This document shows positions 12,245 to 24,890 of a stretch of 64,000 nucleotides of DNA, piece after piece; the stretch's first letter is position 1, and the number at the start of each line of letters is the position of its first letter. Source of the stretch: Microthyrium microscopicum (lineage: Eukaryota); assembly GCA_010405405.1 (NCBI GenBank), contig MU004230.1, positions 2,204,627-2,268,626 of the forward strand, written 5' to 3'. Below the pieces are notes generated by a model. The model was given only the letters and a program-made list of their open reading frames with translations. It did no database searches and was not told where the DNA came from. The position numbers and the translations under genes were made by a program.

Positions 12245-14539
12245 CTATTGATGCTTCTTCTCCTTCTGATTATTGACCTTATCCAACTCAGCATGGGAGC
12301 TGGTAGATTTTCTGGTTCCGTTTTCTTTTCCATCTTCTTGTTTCACCTTCTTCAGTATATCTGCATAGGTGACAGGTACAGGACCGTCCCTCTTCCTACC
12401 ATTGCGAATTCGATCTAATTCTTGTTCAAGCTTTTTGCTCAAACGATCGGCAATCCACTGGCTTTCTGAGACTCTGGCCATTAGGGGACTTCGAAGTCCC
12501 ATCCAGCTCCAGACCCTGGTTTCCTCTCCATCGTCCGCTTTCCCAAGCTCATGTGCTCTAGAGAGGTCACTCTTCGAATTTGGGTTGCGGTGAAGAGATG
12601 CATCGGCCTCGTCTTGGCCTAAGAGCTTGAGGAAGAACGCCCAGTCTTGATAATCGTACTTCTTTCCTGGGCTTTCCGTGAGATGTGTCATGACTATAAC
12701 TAGCTCTCGGGTCAACACATAGACATAGTTGAAGGTATCCCGAGCATCAGGGTCCATGTTGTTGCTGTCTGTGCTGTCCAGCGACGAACTTCGAGATTTG
12801 TTCTTGTCGACTTCGTTGTCAGCAATGTGTTCGGCAAATCGATCCAAAATCTGATTTCTCATGACATGATGTGGATCACCTTTCTCGGCCTCTTCCTCTG
12901 GTGCATCACCATCGTTGTCTTCGCGAGGCAAAAATCCTGGTGGCTGATTGGTACCAGCAAATTCCTTCGGGTTGACCTTGAGTCCTCTGAATATGCTGCT
13001 AAAAACGCGTTGAAGGCTCTCGTGAGCTCGCGATTCACCCGGTAAGATGGTCACTGTTCCGGCCCAGATTACCGCATCCGTAAAGCCTCGAATGATAGTG
13101 TCGCCCATGTGAGAGATCAAGACAGTCAAGGTTGGGACGGCAATAATCGTCCACAGAACAAAAAATGGTTTGCCTGAATTGCTTACAGGCTCATAGTCGC
13201 CATAGCCTATTGTCGTAAGAGATGTGAACGAGAAATAGAGTGCTTGAAAGTACGTCCACTTCTGGTCGAACTGTTCAGTGACGTAGAATACTGCTGCTCC
13301 TACTAGCCAGAGTGCCAATGTTGCGGAAGTGGAAACCAGCAAAGCAATCCACCGTTGATGGTTTTCCGCTTGCTCCTCAATCTTTCGCATTAGCAAGAAC
13401 TCCTGTTCTCGACGTCGAGGTTCGCTCATGGTATCAGCTTTTTCTTGGAAATGATACTTTTTGAACCACGACACCTTGATCGTGTTCTTCTCTGTATCGA
13501 TGGATCGAACAGTTTTCTCTCTCTGTTTCTCCAGAAATCGAGCCGCCATCTTCTCTTTCCCGCGCTGCAAGACCAAACTTCTTACAGATCCTATGACCAG
13601 ACCAATGGAGAGAATGCCGGCAATTGCATATGGAAATAATAACGCCTGGCCGAGTGCCGTTTTGGGAGTTAATGGAGCTCCAAGACCAATGGTCAATAAA
13701 GTGAAATCGGCCCAGAAGACTGCATCGAGATACTTCCATTTTTCGATCGATTTGAAGACTAATGCTCCAAGGAGCAGGTACATCAAGAAACCAATGGTTT
13801 GGAGCATTAGTGTACGTTGAGCCGTCGTTAAAGTGAATTCTTTCTCGTAGTGACCCTTGACAGCACCGACGACAGTAAAAATCATCAGACCAGCAACTAT
13901 ACAGTACAAGCCTGCTGCTCCTATGGCGTAATAGAAGGCCTGTGTCAAAGCATGTGCTTCTGGGGGATTGGGGCGAAATCCGGTAGATCGAGCTGATGCT
14001 GCCGCAACAAGTCCAATGAGCATGAAGCCAGACATGAACCATCCTACGATGATAATAGGCTGGGCAATATGTAATGCCAACCTCCGAGCCATATTAAGCA
14101 AAAGAGCTCCATTTGCGATCAAAGCAAAGACGAGAGAGATGGCGTTCACTGCGATGAGCCTAGTGGAGGTCAATAGTGCGACTATAGAGCCTGGTGTTCA
14201 ACTACTTACCAGTGAGGATCTTTGATGTCAACACCTTGGGCTTCTGTACCACCTGGAGGAATGGTAGAACGCCATGGTTGGACCAATGCGCAGATAGAGA
14301 AAAAGCTAGCAATTGGGCCAAATGTGCCAGCTATTAGAGGCACCCCTGTGCTTGCAAACCACCAGCGACTTGCATCCATTAATTGTGTACATATATTAAC
14401 ATGAAGATCAGAGCTTTACATACCTTGGTTTCAGAAAGTTCATAATCTCTTCGGTGTCTTGATTTGGTCCCGAGGGCATATTCTTCTCGATATCTGCAGC
14501 GATCTCAGATATCGGCTCGGCGGTCCCTGGGTCGTTCAT
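12245..14539 (-). CDS. TOK1: TOK-type two-pore-domain potassium channel
   Basis: Two pore loops (TLLTIGLG, SLTTIGYGD) and multiple TM helices. Upstream exons MNDPGTAEP...|SRWWFASTGVPLIAGTFGPIA are spliced to the 642-aa ORF. Confidence 0.92.
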
Positions 14540-15736
14540 GATGTCGGTAGCTGTGGATTTGAACCCACAGTATAGAGTATAACACGGACGATTGATGAAT
14601 GGGTCGCGCTCTTCAACAACTGGTAAGAACCTGACAGCTGTTGGATATGGGTACCTGGCTATGCATAAGCACTCAATAAGTCGCAGTAGAAGACCGTGCT
14701 ACCCGGGTAGTACTCTAGAGTACCTATTGATTGGGTGTCCAATTTTTATGCTTTTCTGGGGAAGTAACGGACTGGCTGGGCGATCTCTTGACAACGAACC
14801 CTATTCATGTATGAAGCATTGGAGGCTGGAGGTGAGGCTCTTCAGGATCTTGATCGCAAGCTCAAATAAAAAAGCAAATACAAGATGTTCATCGAAAATG
14901 TTAATGCATCTTGGATCGTAGGTGTACTGTACGAAAGATTAAGTTGGCGCTGAACGCGTCAAAAAACCGAAATGATGTAATTTTTCAACTAAAGAACCAA
15001 GGCAGAGGCAAGGATGGGCGGATGGATGCAGTGCAGTTGAGAAGCAAGGCACAGAGCACGCGCTAAGATCCGCCATCTTGATCTTCCTCCACCTGCATCG
15101 CAATCTGACTCAGGGTCCTCCATCTGACTTGTATTTTTGTGTAAGATGGGCTGCTTGAAAGCTCGAATACGTTCCGTACGTTGACGATGCATCAAGATGG
15201 AGTGATGACTTGCTTCCATCTGGTCCCTGAGATCCTTGGACCGGAAGGAGCCGACGTCCAGCCACCTAATTTATACAACGAGATTTGCGCACTGGAAGAT
15301 CAACCTTATCTCAACAACATTCATCTGGTCACACTGTGAGACATCACAGTCATTAATCTCTCTTTCTTGAAAACGCTAGGAAATGCTTCAGCTCTCAAAA
15401 GTTCGGCTGCTCGCGTGGCTAGACTGAATGTCATGCAAGACGGCCCAAGTGCATAAAGTCATACTTCTGCCCACTCAGGTCATATCAACGGACGCTCCGG
15501 ATTCTTGACATCGTACCATATTTGGTTCATTAAGGCACATCAGCTAGCCACGATGCCAGCACGTACAATTGAGATATTCCTTTACGTCCACGACCTAGGC
15601 CTGGGCCAATGCACTGGAAATACTCAATGCTATTGCTGCAGATAACTACTAGTAGATAAAGACCCAGGCATTTCATCGAATTGTTCAAAAATATTTTACT
15701 CGTCTCCATATACCCGACCTCTACATTAAAATTATC

Positions 15737-16297
15737 ATGGTTCAACTTACCTCTCTTCTAGTTCCTCTGTTCGCCGTCGCTTCCTTGGCCTCATCCAGTC
15801 CCAAATGTCTTACCGATGATGAAGCCTGGAGTTTCTCAAGAAGATGGCTTGATATCTGGAGTACTGGAAAATTGACCAAGGAAAGTCAATTGTACAAGCT
15901 GGTCACCAAAAACGTCCTCAACCTCGATGGAACGTATGGAGCCGCCACAATCGGTATCGATGCTTTGTACGCTTCTGCTACATACGTAGACCCTCTGGTC
16001 ACCGATGTCGTCCAAAGTCCAGAATTTGTCTTTCACAGTTGCGACTCAATTGCAGCTCGTTGGAGCTATAACGCTGTTTCCACAGGCAATGGATCGTACG
16101 TTCTCCCGTCTATCATCTATGAACGGTAGGATAAGATGCTAACTTTACATAGCACGGTTCCTGCAGGAACAAAGATCTTCCTTGAGGGCATCGAGCTTTT
16201 GACAGTGGACTTGAAATCGCGCCTTATCTACAACTCAACCTCAAGCGCCGATTGGGTTCTTCTCGCAACACAACTGGGACAGACTGTCAATCTATAA
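15737..16297 (+). CDS. Small secreted protein, probably NTF2/SnoaL-like fold, 2 exons
   Basis: Signal peptide MVQLTSLLVPLFAVASLA; CLTDDEA...FVFHSCDSIAARW; intron ~16096-16152; exon 2 TVPAGTKIFLEGIELLTVD...LGQTVNL*. The fold is inferred from motif resemblance. Confidence 0.75.
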
Positions 16298-17309
16298 GTC
16301 AAGCAAAACTTGTTGCATATCATAAAGCAGTTTGGTATCTGCCAGCGGCTAATCACTTGGACATGCCATTCCATATATAGAAAAGCTAGATCGACCATTT
16401 GGCTCATCAATTTGAGGAGTTATAAACATAGAGAATCAAATTTTTGACCAAACTTTAACGTTCGATATTTTGTTGAACATTCCGTCCTTCTGGACAGTGA
16501 TCGGCATCGCGGCACCAACAATCTGTCCGTCGCATATGCAAGGTGCGTCTCAATCTGATCTCTGATCCCAATCCAATAATCAGCCTTCGCTAAGACTGGG
16601 AGAAAGAGGCTGGCCTGGCCTATCTTGGCATGCATTCCACGTGCATTCAAGCACTACTCCACATGAAAATTGTGGGACTATCAAAAGCCTCATTGAAACT
16701 GATGTATGATTGGCTGCCCTACCGGCACTTTTGCAAGCTTTCAGCTTTCCACGCGAAGATGGGGACGGTAGGGCTGTTCTTCATGAATGCCACACTCGAA
16801 AGATATCTACGACTCCTAGGGAGCAAAAGGACGACCTGCGATGAATGACCACGAGTCTTCGATGATACGTGGCAATTACCAGCTCTCAGGGGCTCCCTTG
16901 TGGTTCTAGAATTCAGGCTAAATCGTCTGGTCGTGAGCCACATGCAGATCATAACATCTTTGGCCTGGCCCCAATTCCAATGCGCGATGCGATGAGATTT
17001 GCAGGTCCGCAAAATGGGATAGTAAGATCGTGCAGCCTTACTTACGAAGCAACGAAAACAAGATCACAACTTCGAAAGGGTTTTGTTGTCGGCAGCAGTC
17101 TCCTACCTATTTCTCCTGCGAGTCTTCACGAATCCAACGGAAGCATATCCTTGAACCTTTCGAAGCTGGAAAACAGTCCTTGCATTAATTTCAATCCATT
17201 AGAAACGACTAAGGTACCTATCTATCTCATGGAGCTCGTAAGGCTTTTCAAGACGTCCTCCGCGCCGGCAAATTAATCATTGAAATTGATAGTCACGGCG
17301 TTTGCGAAC

Positions 17310-18122
17310 CTAGTTGCTTACCAAATAGTTCAAATGATCATTTTCGTTTGGTGACCAGGGAGCTAACGACTTGTAGGTTCCCACGGGCTGATAGTTTGGT
17401 TCTTGCGAAGCAATCACCCTCTCCTCGGTTCTTCTTCCAACTATTTTAAGCCACGATTCATCGCCTCCATGGAGTCTGTTCCACAACTCAGGGAGAACCT
17501 GAACATCGCCAACACAGTAAGAGACGATATCGTCGGACATAGGGCGCTCGTTCAACGCCTCAAATGATCCACCACGGTCCGGATCAAACAAATCCTTTCC
17601 TTTTACTTTGGCTGCACCCCAGCCGCTTGCGAAGACGGAACCTCCCAGGTAAACTTTCTGAACATAATTCTCTAGGCTGCCCACGAACCTGCGAGATTTT
17701 GTAGTTGCCCTAGCAGCGTTTTCCATCAGTTGAATGTCCACCACTCCTTGCAATGCCACCCCGAAAAGGGCGAACAAGGCGTCCGAATCATTACGAACGT
17801 CCCAGAAGGCCTTCGGAATCCTTGCATCTTGAAGGATGTCTTTCAGAGTTAGGTTTTGCTGGGTTCCAGCGGTGTCGAATGCTTGCGCTCCTAGCTGATG
17901 AACGTCAATTAGATAGGTGGTTAGGCTTGCATCGCCCGTATCGAGCAGAAGGGTGAAAATGGAAATTGTGCCTTCACGAGAGAGCTGTTCGCCTTCTAGA
18001 TCAATGTACATAGTTGGCTTGGACACCTCTGGGCCTCCATGAAGTGCAACAACCTGGTCGACCAGCTCGCGGATTTGGCCTGCTGCATTGATAATCTTTG
18101 GTATGACTGGCTTTACAGTCAT
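17310..18122 (-). CDS. DEDDy 3'-5' exonuclease domain protein
   Basis: ExoI YIDLEG, ExoII FWDVRNDSDAL, DIQL and ExoIII RPMSDDIVSYCVGDV; intronless. Confidence 0.88.
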   Translation of the reverse strand: MTVKPVIPKIINAAGQIRELVDQVVALHGGPEVSKPTMYIDLEGEQLSREGTISIFTLLLDTGDASLTTYLIDVHQLGAQAFDTAGTQQNLTLKDILQDARIPKAFWDVRNDSDALFALFGVALQGVVDIQLMENAARATTKSRRFVGSLENYVQKVYLGGSVFASGWGAAKVKGKDLFDPDRGGSFEALNERPMSDDIVSYCVGDVQVLPELWNRLHGGDESWLKIVGRRTEERVIASQEPNYQPVGTYKSLAPWSPNENDHLNYLVSN

Positions 18123-18399
18123 ATTTACGACTTTCCTGGTAGGACAAGAGAGTTGTAAGGATTTTGAAAGCTCGAGATGGATTGGAAAGATTCTTCATTC
18201 TTAAGTACTCGTCTAAAGATGCGTATCGAAGCCATGGGTGTTGCCGAGTTGCTACACAACTGTATTAGTTTGTCGTCCATTTGGAAGAAAAAGACTCAAC
18301 AAGTTTGCTGTAAGCTTGTTCTCATGGAGAACTTGACACCAAAGCACCTCATCTGATGCCCCTTTGGGTGGAAATTCACGCTTGACCTCTTTTAGGCAA

Positions 18400-20970
18400 T
18401 CGACACGCTATTTGCGGGAGGAGCCGTAGTTTGTGGCGTTCAAGGGATCAACCATTTCCACCTTCAACCAGATCTTGAATTCCTTGCTTGTTCTGCTTGC
18501 TGACAACTTTGCCAACTCTTTCTGCAACATCCACATCAGCTCACAGCCGTCCGTCGTTTGGCGCGCCGACACTGCATCCCTGGAAGTTGTTGGTATATGG
18601 TCCAACCATCAAGCAGGTCTCTGACCAACACGACACTCCATCGCTCAATGGATCGATGCCTACGAGCAGAGGGTCGGAAGCCTCACTGTGCAAACATTGC
18701 CATCCATCTCAAATTAGACCGGTCATGAGCTATGCTTCCACTGTAATCTGCGCGCAAGCAAAAGGTCATCCTCGCGTTTCTATACCAAACAAGGCCCCCA
18801 TTTCCTTAGCAGGAGGATCTTGCAGGATTGCTTCATCCGATATCAATGTCTATCATGCATCACCATAGACCAAGATGACGAGGTCATTCAAGCGGCTGGA
18901 TCCATCCAAGATGGGAACACCATAAGCTTTATGTCTGCCATGTGCCATCCATCAGGCAAAGCTATGCTCATCATGACTGAGATCGGTCTCGCGCTTGAGA
19001 CTTTGCCTACCTCATTCAGGAAAGTCTGACAAGTCATGGCAAGCGTCTGACCTACTGGCAAATCTCTGATATCAGCAGCGACCATTCTCATCAGACCTTG
19101 CAACTCATCTTCAAGTCCAGTCGGAGCGGGAAGTCGATCTTCATCCTTCCCGCCTCAAGATATATTGCATGCCAAAGACGGCACATTCTCCCATTGCATT
19201 GAATCCAGGAGCATTCGGCAGCAGGGCTAGCTGTCCAAAATGCCCAGTTCCTTCGGAAACTTCGACTCTGGTCTGATTCAGAACTTATTTCCCGACTCAC
19301 ACAGCAAAGTCCTCAAGGGATATGCTTGAATTTCTGCCCAGGAGACAGACACTTTTGCTCTCAGGTTTTGTAACATCGAATTGAAAAATGCTCAACCTGT
19401 TCTCCGATTTCTTCGGTCTGGTCTGCTCGCGTCCAAACAAAATTCAGCAGGCTGTTATGTTTCCACTCAAGAGCCCGTCGCAGAAACATCTCACTGTAAC
19501 AGCTGGCCTTGAGCCACCAAGCCACTCGTTTTCATCTCTTGAGTTTCTTGAATTTATGCCCATGACTCGACCGTCACTCTGAAGGCTTTCTTGCTTGGTA
19601 TAGATTCGACATATGGATTGATTTCGCTGTGCCACGAGACTTCAAGAGCCGGGAAATAATGGATATGGTCGAAGGGCGCGAGCCGCTTCTGAGATCGAGT
19701 GTAAGGTGTCCTTGGTAGTATGTTCAATCTACAGCGACTTCCTGTGATTGATACGGGCACTGATGGTCAGCACTTCATGTTGCTTTGACTGGATTTGATT
19801 CGTCTTTCGCCGTCGTGGTTGGCCCATAGCCCGTGGAGCTTCCGTTCATGGTTTCGCCTTGAAGATTACTGCATCATGCTGTCGAGCAAGCGAGTTCGAT
19901 TGCTTCGTCAACTTTGAAAGAGCATGGGATTCGGGAACGGAATCGGGTTCGTTGTTCTTTGAAGGCATGTTCCTGTACGGGAGTTAGCTTTGTTCTCCGA
20001 GGAGATTATCAACATCTCGACCAGCATTCTGCTGCCGTGAAGAGCATGCCGTGATGCTCTCATCAACTTTCCAAGCGCTTGCTCATCCCATGGTGCGTCT
20101 GGGATAAGGGAGAGTTCTGGCCAGCCCTCGATATAGTCTTCGAGGCGAGTTCGGCTCCGTTCCAGCTCGATATTGCGCTGTATCCCATTTCATCAGGCTG
20201 TGCTCCCCCCTCTTCTGTCTCGGTTGCATCTGTGGCCATTGAAGGCTATTGTCGAATTGCATGTCAACATCGGCGATATATGGGCTTTTCTCGAGGATTT
20301 CGGAGATTCATACGGCCATTGCTGCCACTCCATGCTTTCAGGTCGTTCATTGTGCAATCGTTCGGTATGGATAGGGGAGACTCGGCGGTCTCGTTCACGA
20401 GAGTTTCGCATTTTTCGAGTGAATGGGGACCGACGTCTTCCGACCAAAATCCAGGATGCGAGTTGAAACAAGATTTTTCCGTAATCGAGACAGACAGCTG
20501 CTTGTTGATGACTTTCGACAAGTTGTTTTGACTGCACAAAAAGCGATTGAGAAGGGCTCCAAGAAAGTAGCGATTTGTCGAGGTGTAGAAGACTCTGAGG
20601 GGCGACTACCTGTTAGGACGACGCGAATTTGCCAATGTCGCGTAGGTTGATGAGCGTAAAAGATCTCCAGCCAGATGCCGGCTGGGCTCTTTCGACACAA
20701 TCGGATGAACTGGTCCATGGACTGCCGTGATCAATTTCTACGATATGCGAGAACTTGAAGAGGCAGAAGGATCAACAGCTCACTAGCCACGGCGGCCGCG
20801 AACGCGTTGGCTTAAGCTCAGGAGAGACGCAAAACGCAAGGCATCGCTTTCAGCTGCTCTTGATATCGCAGAGAGCCGTAACTTCATAAGGATTTCATTT
20901 ACGATTGCTTCCTGAGCCAACGTTGGACTGGTGTATTGGCCACATCTCTTGATCATCTTGTCTTCCAAAA
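18400..20970 (-). pseudogene. Possible decayed gene remnant
   Basis: A chain of short, protein-like minus-strand ORF fragments in shifting frames separated by stops. No intact gene and no family could be assigned. Confidence 0.25.
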
Positions 20971-21990
20971 ATCCTTTTCATCCAGCGTGAGACAGCTCCT
21001 GCGCACAACATACTCATGCCAAAGTACGAGTACGTCTACCTTGAGATATGCTTCGGTTCATGACTGAGTATTGCGACAAGGACCTCACATCACCTTGGCT
21101 ACTACACATTGCTACTCTACTGCCGCGAAGGGATTTGGACCTGTCGCTTCCCGATAACTATACAGTGCTATGCTCCTTGCCGCTCATGGCAATGCAGCTT
21201 ATTCTGAGAAAGAGTCTTTCGTCCTGGCCAGCCTACAAGGCAACTATGGTAGCGACTTTGAATGCTGACTGGAACTCTTGTTTACTCTATTCGACTTCAA
21301 CATCTGACATTGAACATTGGAATCAGCCTGATCGGTCTAGTTCCTTCTTGTCTCAGGCGTCGTCCTCTTTCCAATCATTGCTGTTGCTCTCCAGCACGTT
21401 CTTCTCGCTTCTAGCTTGACGTCAACACCGTGTCCCTCTTCCCATCGGCATCTCACCTACCTCTCCTAGATTACCCGAAGTTCATCAGGCTAGCTTGTAA
21501 CAGACACCGCTTGATTGAGGCTCACAATTACTGTAGCTTCTCCACCACACCTGAGTAAGAGCAAGAGCTCCACGAGCCAGCTACTGTTGACCTATCAACT
21601 TGTTTACCTACGACATTGGCGTATCTACTACCGTCATCAGGCTGAAGTTGGTGTCTCAGGAGTTGAGTTTAGGCATCGTGACTTCCCTTCGAGCACCCTT
21701 GCTCTCGTACCCGTGGCAGGAACGGTGTCCATTGAAGGCCATCCCGTGTTGTTGCCTACGGCCTTTTGTACTTCCGGACCGTGCGTTGCCTCAGCAGCAC
21801 TCAATATTTAACCAAATTCTCAATCGTCTTCGTCTACTTCATCTTCACTTCACCAACTTCATCCTCCACTCAACCGCCTCTTCATCCTCCACTCTCTTCT
21901 CTTCACACATCTTCTGTACACTCACCTTTTCTACACCTTCTTCACTATCCTCAGCAATTTGCGCACTCACTTCGATCACCAGTGCTCAAT

Positions 21991-23687
21991 ATGTCAGACG
22001 CAGGTTTCGACTCCGGCCCTCAAGTAGCCAACGACAACATGTCTGAGGCGCCCATTGACGACGAGATCTACGCAGCAGCATATGCCGCTGAGAAGGAGAA
22101 CTTCGCCACCTACGAGTTCCTGGACGAATATGGTGATGTTCCTCCGCATGACGAGGAGCTTCGTCGCAGCCTCTTCGAGAAGCTTGCCGAAACTCTCACT
22201 CTAGAGGGTGAGCATATGGAAGTGCTCAACACACTCAACGTCCAAATCGAGGGTCGAGGATCGGTCCCTCCAATCAAATCAGTAAGTCAAATTCTCTTTT
22301 CCCTGGTACCTTATCTAACTGTACTCAGTTTGAGGATGCCGGCCTGCATCCGGTCATGCTGGAGAACTTGTATCTCTGTGGCTATAAACGTCCATCTCCG
22401 ATCCAGCAAGCTGTGATTCCAGCTATCCTGAACGACAATGAGGTGCTCGCATGTGCTCAGACTGGCACTGGCAAAACCGCCGCCTTCCTAATTCCCATCC
22501 TCTCAAAGCTAATGGGGAAATTCAAAGAGGTTGCTGCTCCTCGCCCTGGTCTGGGTCTACCGACCGGGGTCATCTGTCGGGCAGAGCCTTTGATTGTGAT
22601 CATTACGCCAACTCGAGAGTTGGCACTTCAGATCTTTGATCATGCACGCCGCCTCTGCTACCGCACTATGTTACGTCCGGTCTGCATCTTTGGCGGCGGA
22701 TACAAGGATGGTGAATACGGCCAAGATGCCCAGCTCAATAAAGGATGTGACATCCTTATCGCCACACCAGGTCGTCTCATTGACTATCTCAATCGGCCAC
22801 AGTTCATTTCGATGCGTCGTCTAAAGTATGCTGTGCTTGACGAGGCCGACGAGCTTCTCTCTGGTGATTGGGAAGATCCTATCACCCGCATTCTCTTTGG
22901 TGGAGATGCAAACCTTGATTGTGATCGAAAGCTTTTCCTTTGTTCGGCAACCTTCCCTGAAGATGCCTTAATCACAGCCGAAGAATACCTTGGACGTGAT
23001 TTCAACATGATCACCATTGGACGTATGAGTTCCACTCATTCCAACATCGAACACAACATCATGGAGATCGACTTCCGTGACAAGCGTGACCGAGTTTATG
23101 AGCTGCTGTCGGAACAAGTGAACGTCAAGCGTACTGTCATCTTCTGCAATACGAAGGTGGAGTGCGATCGCCTTGACGACTTTCTATACAACAAACAACT
23201 TCCGGTCATCTGCACTCACTCTGGTCGACCTCAGCTCGACCGTGAGAGCGCGATGAAGATGTTTCGTGAAGGCGAAAAAGCTATTTTGATCACCACTGCC
23301 GTCTTCGCTCGTGGCATGGATGTTCGCGATGTCACTCAAGTGATCAACTACGATATGCCATCTGCTGCGCAAGGAGGCATCAACGAGTTCGTCCATCGTA
23401 TTGGACGCACTGCTCGCATGGGCAACGTTGGTCATGCAATCTCATTCTTTACTGATCGCAATGAAGACATTGCAGAAGATCTGGTCAAGCTTCTTCGCGA
23501 AGTCGGTCAACCTGTTCCAGGTTTCTTGGAAATCCTTGTCGAAGGTCCAGGAGCTGTCGAAAATGGCGATGCTGGTGAAGGCATTGAGGGCCTAGATGAT
23601 GCATTTGGCGAACCCAATGGCAATGTCACCGTCGAGGACGATGCCTTTGGTGCACCTGCTCCTCAAGCTAATGATGACTCTTGGTAG
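21991..23687 (+). CDS. DEAD-box RNA helicase, Ded1/Dbp1/Vasa-like paralog, 2 exons
   Basis: Q motif GYKRPSPIQ, AQTGTGKT, PTRELA, TPGR, DEAD, SAT, ARGMD, HRIGRTAR; intron 22282-22328. Confidence 0.92.
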
Positions 23688-24890
23688 AACAGTCATGGCA
23701 TGTCTACCTTTCACGTCTTTGCTTCTGTCTTGTTTTGCCAGCACACTCTACGATGCCCAGCGATACCCAACAATTGCGATTTTCTTCGATACAAGCACCC
23801 AAACCACACTTCTGTCTCTTGGGCGCTTTCTGCCAGCGGCAACTCTGGACATCTTCGGTTGATCCGGCCAAGTTGTCTTGATAGTCACCGGCTTAAAAGC
23901 ATTGGCTTTTCACTACTAATCCCATCCTTCCTACCCTTTGATTAACTTGCCAAGTGGACACCATCATGGACTGGGCAGTCAGTTGTGCAGCAACATGGAA
24001 AAATTAACAGGCAAAAAGTGCCCTTCTGCAAACGGTGCGAGGAAACCAGAGTATGACAAAAAAAAAGAGGCTTCTTCGGAAGTCCAAGGGCGGTTGAGAA
24101 CAGGTTGTTTGATTGTAGGATAGAGAAAAGGCAGTAATTGAACTGGATTACCAAAAACTGATTCTCGTGCTTCTGTTTGTGACTTGTGAGATTGTTGTTT
24201 TCTAGTAGGCGGTTAGCACCAGTACCAGGATTTATGATTATATCGGTTCATGGTCCACTTTATTCGGAATGTCCTCGAGGCTGTGATAAAGACCGGAAAT
24301 GCTAGTTGTGAGAAGATTCAACATCTTAGGAATGCACCTTCCTGGTAATGGCACAATTTTTAATCAAAACATCTTGCAAAGCGTTCATTGGAAACTCCAG
24401 TGCCCATCTCAGCTTCTTGTAAAGACCCACAACATCAGGCTTCAGAATCGTGGTGACTTGTATCAGTGTTGAGCCTCAAGGTGAGCTAGCGCAGGCACAT
24501 GAACAAGTCAACCAAGAATATCAACGTAAGATCCACTGAATGATGCAAGTCTAATAAATTATCCGAAAGTTAGCGGCACAATTGACAGGGCGCCAGAGGT
24601 AAATGTTCCGACGAGAGTTGGTGGTCAACCACCTGCAGAACAGGGCATTGGGTCATTTTCGGATGAACATCAGTTCGTGAACACCAACTTGGCCATGGCG
24701 TGAACCATTCCAACCTCTCGGGTACAGAATAAATAATATGACAAGAATATCCGCAGCCAAAGTGATTGTGAGCCTTGAAACGGGATGATGGGCCAGCCTT
24801 CTTACGGAAGTTTGGGGGGCTGGTTGGGCTGCCCGCCACACCAGTTCAACGTTGGATGGCGGGTTAGGAGCGATTGAATAAAAAGGCTGC

